Part shown: positions 18,766 to 28,779 of the stretch, in pieces
Position numbering within the stretch: the first letter of the stretch is position 1
Layout of the letters: the number at the start of each line of letters is the position of its first letter
Virus record (IMG/VR): IMGVR_UViG_3300027917_000021
Span: 64,001-128,000 of that record
Direction: 5' to 3' (one strand)
DNA length: 64,000 bases
Source: a virus
The notes under the pieces: generated by a model
Told to the model about the DNA's origin: nothing
The model's input: only the letters and a program-made list of their open reading frames with translations
Databases searched by the model: none
Made by a program: the position numbers and the translations under genes

Positions 18766-19098
18766 ATGAATGATCGCAAGATCAAGGATAAAGTTGAGTG
18801 CATAATGTGTGGCTACTGTTGTGGCTACAGGCGGAATTATGAATTTGGTGGTGCGTCTTATATGCCAGATGAGGAAGTGCCAGAAAATATAGAAGTAGTA
18901 AAGTCTGAAGAAGGTTTTACTATTCCCGTAGATGAAGATGATGTTTGTATATATCTTGAAAAATTGGATAATGGATTTACAAGATGTACTATCCAAGATA
19001 AAAAACCACGAATGTGCAAGTTATACTATTGTTTGACTGAAAATAAAGTTAAACGATTGAAAGTTATAGTAGACGAACTTAAAGAGAAGTGTGAGTAA
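18766..19098 (+). CDS. YkgJ-like CxxCxxCC cysteine-cluster protein
   Basis: CIMCGYCC...CIYL...CTI...KPRMCKLYYC. Confidence 0.75.
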   Translation: MNDRKIKDKVECIMCGYCCGYRRNYEFGGASYMPDEEVPENIEVVKSEEGFTIPVDEDDVCIYLEKLDNGFTRCTIQDKKPRMCKLYYCLTENKVKRLKVIVDELKEKCE

Positions 19099-20897
19099 TG
19101 GCAACAGCAACATTAGGATTAATAAATTATACAGAAATCAATGATGCTGATTCTGCTACAGATTGGACAGAATTTACTACACCAGACGCTGACGTAAAAA
19201 AAGAAGGACTTAATGCACTGTCTGGAGTTCTTCGTGCGGATGGTGAGCATGGTTGGTATTTAGCCGGTTCTCCTATATCTTGTGCTGGGCAACATCTTCG
19301 TATGTGGGTAAATACTACTAACCTTCCTTATATGGAAGATACTGCCGGTGGCGGTTATCAAATGTCTGTATATGATAGTACAAATACCGATTATTATACG
19401 ATATTTAGTTCTGATGATTATGGTGGGGGGTGGTTTAATGCTGTTGTTGATTGTGCTCTCTTTACAACAGTAACACCTGCGAATGTTATTCGTTGGGGTA
19501 TATATGCCAATCATACAACAAATGCTAAGAATGTTATTAATACCTGGGTAGATTACTTTCGTTATATGGACGGATATTATATCACTGGTGGAACATCTGG
19601 TGATAAGGTTCGTCTTAGTGATGTTGCTATAGCTGATAAAGGCACTACTACCCTTTATGGATACGGCATAGTTGAAGAATACGAAGACACTTATTTTTCA
19701 TCCGGCGAGATTCAGATTGGTAACGGAGCCACAACTACTTATTTTGAGATGGATGGTGACGTTCTCGTATTCACAGATAAACCTGTTGCTGACGGATTAT
19801 ACAAATTAACAGCCGACGGCGCTGGCTGTAATTTAACAATTAAAGACTCTACTATTAAAGCTTCTGGATCCGGAGATGACAATAGGCCGGATATAGACAT
19901 GGTTACTGGAAGTCCAAATTCTGTTTCTATAACTGGTAGTGTTGTTAACCGTGCTGGAACATGTAGCTTTATGTCTGGTCAGACAATTACGAACAATATT
20001 TTTAATAACTGTGAACAGATAATTCCCAGTGGTGCTGCAATGGTTGGTAGTACAGTTAAAGGATATGAAGGTACAACAGGGACGGGGGCTCTTTTTTATG
20101 GTATCAATGCAGACCCTGATGGAGAATTGGATGCTATGTCTTTTAGCATGGGAACTGCTTTAACGCATGCAATTGAGTTTGGCATATCCGCTCCTCCTGA
20201 AATGACATTACGAGATATTGATTTTTCTGGATATCATGTAAGTGGTGCTCAAAATGATTCAACTCTATATTTTCCAGATAAAGGTACAGATACAACCTGG
20301 ACTGTTAATTTAGTAGGATGTACAGGAAATATAAGTTATACCCAAGCAAGAGGAGGCGATACAGTTGACCTTGTCATTGATCCAGTTACTACAGAAATAA
20401 CAGTAAGAGACATTACTACTGCTTCTGGTATTCAGGGTGCCAGGGTTTTAGCATGGGTAACCGATAATGCTAATTGGTTTTATAATGCATCAGTGGGTAT
20501 AACAGGGACAGGAACTACTGCAACAGTAGCACATAATTCACATGGACTTAGTACAGGAGATAATATAATTATAGAAGGTGCTAATGAGGATGTTTATAAT
20601 GGAGCATATACAATAACTGTAACCGGTGTAGATGAATATGAATATACAACTAATGAAACTATTGGAACATCTCCAGCAACTGGCACAATCACATCCACTT
20701 TTGCGATATTAAATGGAACTACGGATGCTGCTGGAGAAATAAGCGATACTAGATCTTTTTCATTTAATCAGCCTATTTTAGGAAGAGTTAGAAAGGCAAC
20801 AGCACCACCACCATATTATCAAGCAGGCCCTATAACAGGAGAAATTGATAAAGAGAGTGGATTTTCTTTAATAGTACAATTAATTCAAGACGAATAA
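19098..20897 (+). CDS. Virion structural protein (beta-rich)
   Basis: 599 aa; beta-helix-like middle; C-terminal HGLSTGDNIIIEGA...YNG module common in tail fibres. Confidence 0.6.
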   Translation: MATATLGLINYTEINDADSATDWTEFTTPDADVKKEGLNALSGVLRADGEHGWYLAGSPISCAGQHLRMWVNTTNLPYMEDTAGGGYQMSVYDSTNTDYYTIFSSDDYGGGWFNAVVDCALFTTVTPANVIRWGIYANHTTNAKNVINTWVDYFRYMDGYYITGGTSGDKVRLSDVAIADKGTTTLYGYGIVEEYEDTYFSSGEIQIGNGATTTYFEMDGDVLVFTDKPVADGLYKLTADGAGCNLTIKDSTIKASGSGDDNRPDIDMVTGSPNSVSITGSVVNRAGTCSFMSGQTITNNIFNNCEQIIPSGAAMVGSTVKGYEGTTGTGALFYGINADPDGELDAMSFSMGTALTHAIEFGISAPPEMTLRDIDFSGYHVSGAQNDSTLYFPDKGTDTTWTVNLVGCTGNISYTQARGGDTVDLVIDPVTTEITVRDITTASGIQGARVLAWVTDNANWFYNASVGITGTGTTATVAHNSHGLSTGDNIIIEGANEDVYNGAYTITVTGVDEYEYTTNETIGTSPATGTITSTFAILNGTTDAAGEISDTRSFSFNQPILGRVRKATAPPPYYQAGPITGEIDKESGFSLIVQLIQDE

Positions 20898-20911
20898 ACC
20901 AAAATAAAACA

Positions 20912-21196
20912 ATGGCAAACGAAGAAGTAAAAAAGATGGAAGCAGGAGAGATGGAACTCCGTAAAACATTTGAGGATGTTACTAAACAAAATGTACAAGC
21001 AAGTATAGATTTTTCTAATGAAACCAGAAAACTATTTAGAGAATTAGAAGATAAATTTAAACATCTAGAAAATACGGTATTAAGTCAAATTCAGTTAATA
21101 GAAGGACTTAAACAACAATTGTCTTTTGTGCAACGTACTCTATATGCAGGAGGAACGGAGCAACCAATAAATCCGACTGTAAAAAGCGATGGATAA
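20912..21196 (+). CDS. Small coiled-coil hypothetical protein
   Basis: 94-aa ORF in the operon. Confidence 0.6.
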   Translation: MANEEVKKMEAGEMELRKTFEDVTKQNVQASIDFSNETRKLFRELEDKFKHLENTVLSQIQLIEGLKQQLSFVQRTLYAGGTEQPINPTVKSDG

Positions 21197-21202
21197 TTTT
21201 AA

Positions 21203-22657
21203 ATGGCAATATCAATTGATTGGGCAACAAAAACCATAAATGTACCTCAGGCAGATTTAACACATATCACAGGAACATTGTATGAATTAGATACGGATAC
21301 TTTTAGATTAACTTTAAAAGCACTGGAAGCTTCCGAGTATGGTATGCCAAATCTTGTTACACATAGACATAATACACAAGTTACTGTTGCCGGTGTAACT
21401 TATGCTCGAACAGTTGAAATTATAAGTGGATATTCTGTTACTTTTGAAGATGGACAATATAGTGTTAGACTTGTAGGATCAAATAATAATATTTTTGATA
21501 TTCAAAATGGTATTTTAACACAAAATCAAGTACAGGTTATTCCTACAAACTCTGCAGGGCTTATCGCGGTTAATACTGGTTCAGGAGTCACGGAACAGGA
21601 TAAACTTGATATTGCCGATAGAGTGTGGGATGAAAGTAAAGATGACCATACTACAATAGACACATTTGGTGCAAAAAATCAGAACCTTGTTCCATCAGAA
21701 AATATAGACGACTATAAAGGTGGCACGGTAGATGTAAATTACTCAGGGATAACTGCTGCTGTATGGGATGCACAGCTTTCTGAATATACACTTTCTGGAT
21801 CAGCAGGATATGCACTTGGCAATGTTTCGGCCGGATCAGATCCTGGACAAATTGCTGATGCTGTATGGGATGAATTGAGGGCAGAGCATACTTCCGTTGG
21901 CAGTTTTGGTGAAAAGAATCAACTTGGTGTGCCTTCTGAGAACTTGGATGACTATAAAGCCACTGATGTAAGTGTTAGTGCCTCAGGTATAGCAGATGCT
22001 GTATGGGATGAAGTACTAACTGATCATAATATTGCTGGTACTTTTGGCTCAAAGAATCAGAATTTGGTTCCTTCAGAGAATATAGAAGATTATAAAGGTG
22101 GAACGGTAGATATTAATTATTCTGGAATTTCAGACGCAGTATGGGATGTACAATTATCTGGTTATCAAATTCCAGGATCAGCAGGATATACATTAGATAA
22201 TGTTTCAGCCGGCTCAGATCCTGCAACAATTGCGGATGCAGTGTGGGATGAGCAAACAGCTGAACATCAAATTGCAGGAACAACAGGAGAACAAATAGAT
22301 AAATTAACTTTTGATGCGTCTAATAACATACAAACAAGAGTTAATGATGCAGGAATACTAAACAACATATCAACTGGCGATGTGGCAATTGCTATATGGA
22401 ACGCTATTACAACGGATCATGTTACGCCAGGCACGTTTGGTGATGCGATAAGACGAACATTAGGATTATCAAAACAAAATATTAGAATAATAAATCAGGT
22501 TTTTGATAATGCTGGCCGTTTAGTCTCATCAACAATAAGAATATTTGAAAATGCCACAGATCTAGAAAATAATGCGAATTATATAGCGGAATATAAAATG
22601 ACCGCAACATATGACGCACAAGGTAAAAATACAAATTACCAAGTAAAAGAAAGTTAA
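21203..22657 (+). CDS. Virion fibre-like protein with repeated I[AS]DAVWD units
   Basis: IADRVWDE, ITAAVWDA, IADAVWDE (three times), ISDAVWDV; NLVPSENIxDYK repeated. Confidence 0.65.
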   Translation: MAISIDWATKTINVPQADLTHITGTLYELDTDTFRLTLKALEASEYGMPNLVTHRHNTQVTVAGVTYARTVEIISGYSVTFEDGQYSVRLVGSNNNIFDIQNGILTQNQVQVIPTNSAGLIAVNTGSGVTEQDKLDIADRVWDESKDDHTTIDTFGAKNQNLVPSENIDDYKGGTVDVNYSGITAAVWDAQLSEYTLSGSAGYALGNVSAGSDPGQIADAVWDELRAEHTSVGSFGEKNQLGVPSENLDDYKATDVSVSASGIADAVWDEVLTDHNIAGTFGSKNQNLVPSENIEDYKGGTVDINYSGISDAVWDVQLSGYQIPGSAGYTLDNVSAGSDPATIADAVWDEQTAEHQIAGTTGEQIDKLTFDASNNIQTRVNDAGILNNISTGDVAIAIWNAITTDHVTPGTFGDAIRRTLGLSKQNIRIINQVFDNAGRLVSSTIRIFENATDLENNANYIAEYKMTATYDAQGKNTNYQVKES

Positions 22658-22669
22658 CGGAGGAAATAA

Positions 22670-23140
22670 ATGGCCGGTTTTACTAATAGAGGGAAACTAA
22701 GAGTTTTGGAAATGGTATTTAGACAAGAATACGCTGGTGGTTCTTTACCAACCAACTTATACATTGCTCTATGTACTGTTGACAATGTACCAGATGCTGA
22801 TACAAACACGCTTGCTGATCTTACTCAAATAGCTACTGGAAATGGTTATACTGATGGAGGATATCAACTAAGCTTTGGAGCAACAGACTTTGACGTACAA
22901 AATGAGGTAGATGCTTCAGATTATTCATATATTCAAATTAAAGATGTTGTATGGACAGCTTCTGGCGGCGAACTTCCAAGTTCAGGCAACGGAGCAAGAT
23001 ACGCTGTTTTAACAGACGACAATGGCACAGTTGCAAACAGAGAAGTATTGACATACTGGGATCTAACAAGTGCCCGTAGTGTGTCTGATGGACAATCTCT
23101 TACCCTACAAAACTGTGAATTAAGATTAACTGAAACTTAA
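22670..23140 (+). CDS. Small virion/tail fibre-associated protein
   Basis: LYIALCT...GNGYTDGG...VVWTASGG...RYAVL; GGAGG RBS. Confidence 0.6.
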   Translation: MAGFTNRGKLRVLEMVFRQEYAGGSLPTNLYIALCTVDNVPDADTNTLADLTQIATGNGYTDGGYQLSFGATDFDVQNEVDASDYSYIQIKDVVWTASGGELPSSGNGARYAVLTDDNGTVANREVLTYWDLTSARSVSDGQSLTLQNCELRLTET

Positions 23141-23177
23141 TAGTTAGTTAATTAATTTAGTTTATCACGATCAGTGG

Positions 23178-23209
23178 AAGGGGGGAGGAACATATCTTCC
23201 CCCTTTTTT
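23178..23209 (+). terminator. Intrinsic terminator
   Basis: aagggggga...ttcccccttttttg. Confidence 0.7.
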
Positions 23210-23345
23210 GTAATAACAATTCTAATAACTGTAAAATTAACAGGAGATTTATGACACAACTTATAGTTAATAAAGATATTGGACTGAATAAGAGAATGGA
23301 ACAAAAAATAAGGAAAAATAAACACTTGATTAATAAGGAAATAAT

Positions 23346-24131
23346 ATGGCACAATTTATTGCTTTAAGAGAGGCAAAATATCGTGATGCTGAACCTATCG
23401 CCTTAAAAGGCGCAATAGTTCAAGTTAGAGCATCTGGTGAGCCTTGGGGCGGAGATGAACCTTTTTATTTTATAATGATTGATGTTCCGGCGTTTTCAAT
23501 AGATGCGGTTGTAAATTATTCTCGTCCATATCGTTTGGATTTATCGTGGAACGTTGAGTCTTTTGATGAGAATACAGATACTTATCAGTTACGCATTGAG
23601 GGCAATGCGAACACATCGCAAACCTACGGTCTTTCCCTTGCTCAGATAGAGCATTTTATTACCATGTGGAGCGGAACTGTTTTGAGTAATGGAACAAATT
23701 ATGTTGTTATAGAAGCCAATATTTTAACTGTTCTGACGAGCCGTGGTTTTTGGGATATGGAAACAAACCCTTTATATGATTCTGTTGTGTTTTCTGAATT
23801 GGCTTATGATGTGCCGAGCAGAACACATACAATAGAGATTGATTATTCTGCCATACAGATCAGCCCGACACACATGGAGAGGCTAATGCATCGAAAAGGT
23901 GCAGAGATAGTCAGTCATGCCGATCGTGTTCTTACCGTGAATATGACGAGTGCTGATGCTCGTGCTGCGTTTCAGGACGAAATAAAACGAAGAACGTCTT
24001 CTCTTACTTTATTAAAGACACGTTATTATGTTGATCCGATAGTAGTTGATGAAATAATTGCCGAGGGCGGAACTAGAACCACTACTCCGGCAACCGCTTT
24101 AACATACGTTCGAGATGTGATGAATGACTAA
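23346..24131 (+). CDS. Hypothetical virion-cluster protein
   Basis: 261-aa ORF with AAGGA RBS, coupled to the next gene. Confidence 0.6.
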   Translation: MAQFIALREAKYRDAEPIALKGAIVQVRASGEPWGGDEPFYFIMIDVPAFSIDAVVNYSRPYRLDLSWNVESFDENTDTYQLRIEGNANTSQTYGLSLAQIEHFITMWSGTVLSNGTNYVVIEANILTVLTSRGFWDMETNPLYDSVVFSELAYDVPSRTHTIEIDYSAIQISPTHMERLMHRKGAEIVSHADRVLTVNMTSADARAAFQDEIKRRTSSLTLLKTRYYVDPIVVDEIIAEGGTRTTTPATALTYVRDVMND

Positions 24132-27100
24132 TGGCAAATATCGTAAAGATTATAGACCCCGATGGGGGAACAGGATACAATTATTTAAATCTCGCTACTT
24201 GGTGTGCGGCTGAAGGCACCGATCTTACCTCTGATTTAGACACTCATACCGCAAAATGCCGCAGTACTTCCGGCGGCGCTGATACATACGATGTTGTTGA
24301 CGGAGACGTTTGGGGATCAAACGCCACATATTGGTTGAAGATTTGGTGCGATCCTGCTGAAAGTTACCGTCATGCTGGAGTATGGAATACTTCCAAATAT
24401 AGACTTGATTGTACTGCCGGTGCCTCGGAAACAGTGCGTTGCATTTTATGGGAAACGAGTTTTCAAGATAATCATTTGATTGTTGATGGTCTCCAAATGC
24501 GAATAACGCTGACCGGAAATGCTTATTCTGTGGGATGTTTTGAGTATAACGAGCCTTATGGCACAAATTATTGGGAACTAAAAAATTGTATTATAGTTGG
24601 TGTTAGGGCGGGATATGATCCTGACTATTTTATCGGAGCTGAACCGTATGTTGCTGGTGGCGGTTCCATAGATGGTGGGATTGTCAATAATATTATATAT
24701 GGCTTTACAATTAACACTGGTGAGTATGGCGATGGACTGTGGATAGATGCTACGCCCGCTGACACCGCTTTTGTTATTTACAATAATACCGTAGACGATT
24801 GCGACATAGGGATACATAACGAGTCGGTCAGCGGAGATAGCTGTTATTTTTATAATAATCTTGTTCAGAATTGTGAAACTTGGTGTTATTTTTGGGGCGC
24901 AGCTCCAGCCGGTAATGTCGCCAATCTAAGTGATGATACTACTGGAACAACAGGCTTTCAAGAAAAAACAATTAATTTTGCGGGTGCTGGAGACTATCAT
25001 CTTGATTCGTCTGATACGGATGCCATAGGAACAGCCACTAATTTATATAATGATTCCAGATACCCGTTTCAAACCGATATTGATGGGGATGATAGAGGGG
25101 GTAGCGGTGCTTCTTGGGATATTGGCGCCGATGAATATGTTGTGGGATCAGGTTTAGAACCGATAATAGTTATACCATCTGGAATAAGTGCTATTGCTGC
25201 AAATCAAAATCCAACTGTAAATCTTGGTAGCATTCTATATGAAACCGGTTATATTAATGCAGTAATTAATTCACAAGGCCCTACTACAATACTTGGCAGT
25301 ATTTATTTTTCTCCAAGCCAAATAAATGCTATTACTTCTTCTGTTGACCCTACAACTATTCGCGGAAGTATTTCTACAACTCCATCTGAATTAAATGCTA
25401 TTGCAACCTCTCAGGATCCGAGTACAATATTAGGCTCTACATCTGTAGAACCATCCGATATAAACGCAATAGCAAGTTCTACTGATCCCACAACCATACG
25501 CGGCAGTATATCAACAACTCCTTCTGAATTAAGTTCTATTGTTGCTTCTCAGGCACCAAACACAGTGCTAGGATCTACATCTATAGAACCGGATGGAATA
25601 TACGCAGTAAGTTCATCTAGTGGTCCCGTATTAGTATTTGGTTCTACAATAGCTGATCCAGCAGCAATTTATGCAATAACAGGCACAGTTAATCCTACAA
25701 TTCTTTATGGTTCTATAAACATACAACCAGATGGAATATATGCGGTAAGTTCAACAAGTGGACCAATATTAATTTATGGTTCTACAATAGCTGAACCAGG
25801 TGCTGTTCATACGATAGCAAATACACAGGCACCTTCAGTATTATATGGATCAGTAACTTTTTCTCCTAATTTTATATCTGCGATAGCTACCGGAGCTGAT
25901 CCTACAATTCCTTCAACATCTATCATTGTAACTCCCGACGGTGCATTCGCGCTGGCATCTACTCAAGATCCAACAGTAATATATGGTAGTATTGAATTTG
26001 ATCCTGGATTTGTTAGTACCATCGCTTCAAAAATTGATCCTGGAGTAGTTTTAGGATCCGTATCTGTCGATCCGGCAGTAATTTCTGCAATCGCCGGCGG
26101 TCAAGACCCTACTACAATAAAAGGCTCTATTATTTCTTCACCGGCGACAAGTTCTGCAATAGCAGAAACTCAAGCTCCAACTACAATAAAAGGATCTATA
26201 ATTGCTACTCCGGATGGCAGTTTTACAATAGCAAGTACGTTAAATCCAAGTATTATTTTAGGATCATTGTCATTTGAACCTACAGCCACGTCTGCTATTA
26301 CAAATTCTCTTGGACCATCAATTATTTATGGATCAACCTTTGTACAACCAGATGGCAGTTATGCAATTACATCTACAATAGATCCTATAACTATTCGTGG
26401 GTCCTTAGAATTAACTCCTGCCGGGGCAGATGTAATAAGTTCTACTATTGGTCCAGAAATATTTTTAAATTCTACTATAGCTATTGTAATACCTGTATCC
26501 GCCCAAGTTCTTACACTTGACCCATCAGTTGAAGCTGGCGGATCAATATTAATTATTCCTGATCCTAGTTTTGCATATGCTGATACTAATATTGGTGCAA
26601 TAGAATTAGGGTCAATGATTGTACAGCCAGACGGTACTTATGCGATAACATCCAAAATAGATCCAACTATTATTCTTGGCTCGTTAATTCTGGATTCTGG
26701 AGTTGGTGCTGCAATTACAAGTTCTTATGGCCCAACTACCATTTTAGGATCTACTGAAGTTCAACCAGATGGCACATATGCGATTACTGCAAGCGTTAGT
26801 CCTACAATTACATTAGGTTCTATTGATCTTACTCCTGCTGGCGTTGAGGCAATAAGTTCCACAATAGGTCCGGAAGTATTTCTTAGTTCTAGTATAGCCA
26901 TAGTAAGTCCGGCGACGGCAATAGCGACTGGTATTGACCCATCTGTAGAGGCAGGAGGATCTTTATTGATTCTTCCAAGTCCAGGAACTGTTTTAGCAAA
27001 CACTGCTTTAGGTGCAGTTGTGCTTGGTTCTACGATTGCACAACCAGATGGAAGTTATGCAATTGCTTCAAAATCTGACCCTTCTATTATTTTAGGTTCT

Positions 27101-28012
27101 TTGACATTAACAGACTATGCATTTGCACGAACAGTTTCGCTTGACCCTCAAACAATATTAGGTTCTATAAATGTACAACCTATTACTGCAACTACAATCA
27201 GTTTAGCATCTATAGAAGGTGTCGAACTTAGTTCAGTAACTGTTTCTCCGGATTATTCCAATGCGGTAGTGCTTACTGTTGATCCGTTTATTTCAGAAGG
27301 TACGCTTACTGTTATGCCGGTCCCTGGAAGTGTTATTGCAAGTGCGGCAGATCCAAGTTCAATATTAGGCTCTATAGTTTTTAGCCCAGAAGAGACCAGT
27401 GCAATTGCTGACATAATTGATCCTTCAATTGAATTAGGATCAACACAATTTAGTCCAGCAGCTGTAAATGCTATATCTAAAGTATTGGGCCCGACAGTTA
27501 TACTTGGCTCATTAAATTTAAGTCCATCTGCTGCACAAGCAATTACAGATGTGATTAATCCTGAAGTTCATGGATATTACGGAATAATAATTGTTCCAGC
27601 AGCAATTAACGCAATAACAGAAGCACAAGGTCCTACTACAATACTTGGATCTATAATCATAACTCCTGATGGATCCTATACTGTAGCACAAACATTAGGC
27701 GCCACTATACTTTATAGTGGTATTGAAGAAACCATTTGCATTCGAGGCGGAGATGGCTTATCTTTAGTTACTGAAGGTTTCTTAATACCTTGCCGTGGCA
27801 GAACAGAAATAGTTCCGGTAATGGTTAGAGTAACATCTATTGAGGGTAAAGTAAATGCTGAAACAAATGTTAAGGCATTATTAAAATCTTCTGCAGAAAT
27901 TAGTGGCGAAGTTGGAAGATATAAAATTATTTTAGGAAAAAAGAAAGTTCCAAGCAGAGTGAAAGTAAAAATTACTGAATCTGAAACTATAAAAGGTAAG
28001 GTAACTAAATGA
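24131..28012 (+). CDS. Large fibre/spike protein: beta-helix N-domain plus long ~24-aa repeat stalk
   Basis: NCII/NNII/NNTV/NNLV ladder, DYHL...AIG...DIDG..R...WDIGADE motif, then many xDPTxILGS-type repeats. Confidence 0.7.
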   Translation: MANIVKIIDPDGGTGYNYLNLATWCAAEGTDLTSDLDTHTAKCRSTSGGADTYDVVDGDVWGSNATYWLKIWCDPAESYRHAGVWNTSKYRLDCTAGASETVRCILWETSFQDNHLIVDGLQMRITLTGNAYSVGCFEYNEPYGTNYWELKNCIIVGVRAGYDPDYFIGAEPYVAGGGSIDGGIVNNIIYGFTINTGEYGDGLWIDATPADTAFVIYNNTVDDCDIGIHNESVSGDSCYFYNNLVQNCETWCYFWGAAPAGNVANLSDDTTGTTGFQEKTINFAGAGDYHLDSSDTDAIGTATNLYNDSRYPFQTDIDGDDRGGSGASWDIGADEYVVGSGLEPIIVIPSGISAIAANQNPTVNLGSILYETGYINAVINSQGPTTILGSIYFSPSQINAITSSVDPTTIRGSISTTPSELNAIATSQDPSTILGSTSVEPSDINAIASSTDPTTIRGSISTTPSELSSIVASQAPNTVLGSTSIEPDGIYAVSSSSGPVLVFGSTIADPAAIYAITGTVNPTILYGSINIQPDGIYAVSSTSGPILIYGSTIAEPGAVHTIANTQAPSVLYGSVTFSPNFISAIATGADPTIPSTSIIVTPDGAFALASTQDPTVIYGSIEFDPGFVSTIASKIDPGVVLGSVSVDPAVISAIAGGQDPTTIKGSIISSPATSSAIAETQAPTTIKGSIIATPDGSFTIASTLNPSIILGSLSFEPTATSAITNSLGPSIIYGSTFVQPDGSYAITSTIDPITIRGSLELTPAGADVISSTIGPEIFLNSTIAIVIPVSAQVLTLDPSVEAGGSILIIPDPSFAYADTNIGAIELGSMIVQPDGTYAITSKIDPTIILGSLILDSGVGAAITSSYGPTTILGSTEVQPDGTYAITASVSPTITLGSIDLTPAGVEAISSTIGPEVFLSSSIAIVSPATAIATGIDPSVEAGGSLLILPSPGTVLANTALGAVVLGSTIAQPDGSYAIASKSDPSIILGSLTLTDYAFARTVSLDPQTILGSINVQPITATTISLASIEGVELSSVTVSPDYSNAVVLTVDPFISEGTLTVMPVPGSVIASAADPSSILGSIVFSPEETSAIADIIDPSIELGSTQFSPAAVNAISKVLGPTVILGSLNLSPSAAQAITDVINPEVHGYYGIIIVPAAINAITEAQGPTTILGSIIITPDGSYTVAQTLGATILYSGIEETICIRGGDGLSLVTEGFLIPCRGRTEIVPVMVRVTSIEGKVNAETNVKALLKSSAEISGEVGRYKIILGKKKVPSRVKVKITESETIKGKVTK

Positions 28013-28776
28013 ATTTAAGCATATACAAAGGCAATGATAAAACCTTTGAAATAGAAGTAACAGACCAGGACGATGAAATTATTAATTTGAGTGGTGGACA
28101 ATTATTTGTAAATGTTACCGATTGGCAGGAAAACTCAAAAATTACAAAATCTAGCACCGACCCGACTCAAATAGAAATAACAGATCCGGAAGCTGGATTA
28201 GCACAAATACATTTTGTTCCTACTGACACGTCGTCTCTTGCTTCTGACATTTATGTTGTTTATATTAATTATATTAACTACGAGGGAAAGACTTATACTA
28301 TTTCTCAAGGTGAGTTTCAAATCTTAGATTTGGGAACTATCTCTTATATAAGAAACAGAATAAGAAATTTCAATGGAGACAAAGAAGAATTAAACGTACT
28401 TATTAGAGCATTAGAAACAACAGATGAAGAAATGAATGATTACATACAAAAGGCGGTTGATTTGTTTAACAGCCTTGGGTATACAACCTCATATACTTTA
28501 TCTGATTATCCTAATAAGGGAAATTTAATAGAGGGCACAGTAATCCAAATTTTGATGGGCAAAGGTATATTATCAGCAAGAAATATGCTTACTTATCGGG
28601 ATGAAGGAGGTATAACTGTACAAGATTTTGACACATATGGTCGGTATATTAATTTGTTTAATGTTTATATTAATCGATATATGCAGCAAGCAATGGATAT
28701 TAAAAGAAGTCTTAATGTAGATGGTGCATATGGAAGCATTGAAAGCCCAATGAATTATGTAGATATCTGGTATTAA
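28009..28776 (+). CDS. Ig-like (BppU-type) N-domain fused to a head-tail connector-like domain
   Basis: IYKGNDKTFEIEV...INLSG...IHFVPTDT; C-half SARNMLTYRDEGG. Confidence 0.5.
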   Translation: MNLSIYKGNDKTFEIEVTDQDDEIINLSGGQLFVNVTDWQENSKITKSSTDPTQIEITDPEAGLAQIHFVPTDTSSLASDIYVVYINYINYEGKTYTISQGEFQILDLGTISYIRNRIRNFNGDKEELNVLIRALETTDEEMNDYIQKAVDLFNSLGYTTSYTLSDYPNKGNLIEGTVIQILMGKGILSARNMLTYRDEGGITVQDFDTYGRYINLFNVYINRYMQQAMDIKRSLNVDGAYGSIESPMNYVDIWY

Positions 28777-28779
28777 TAA

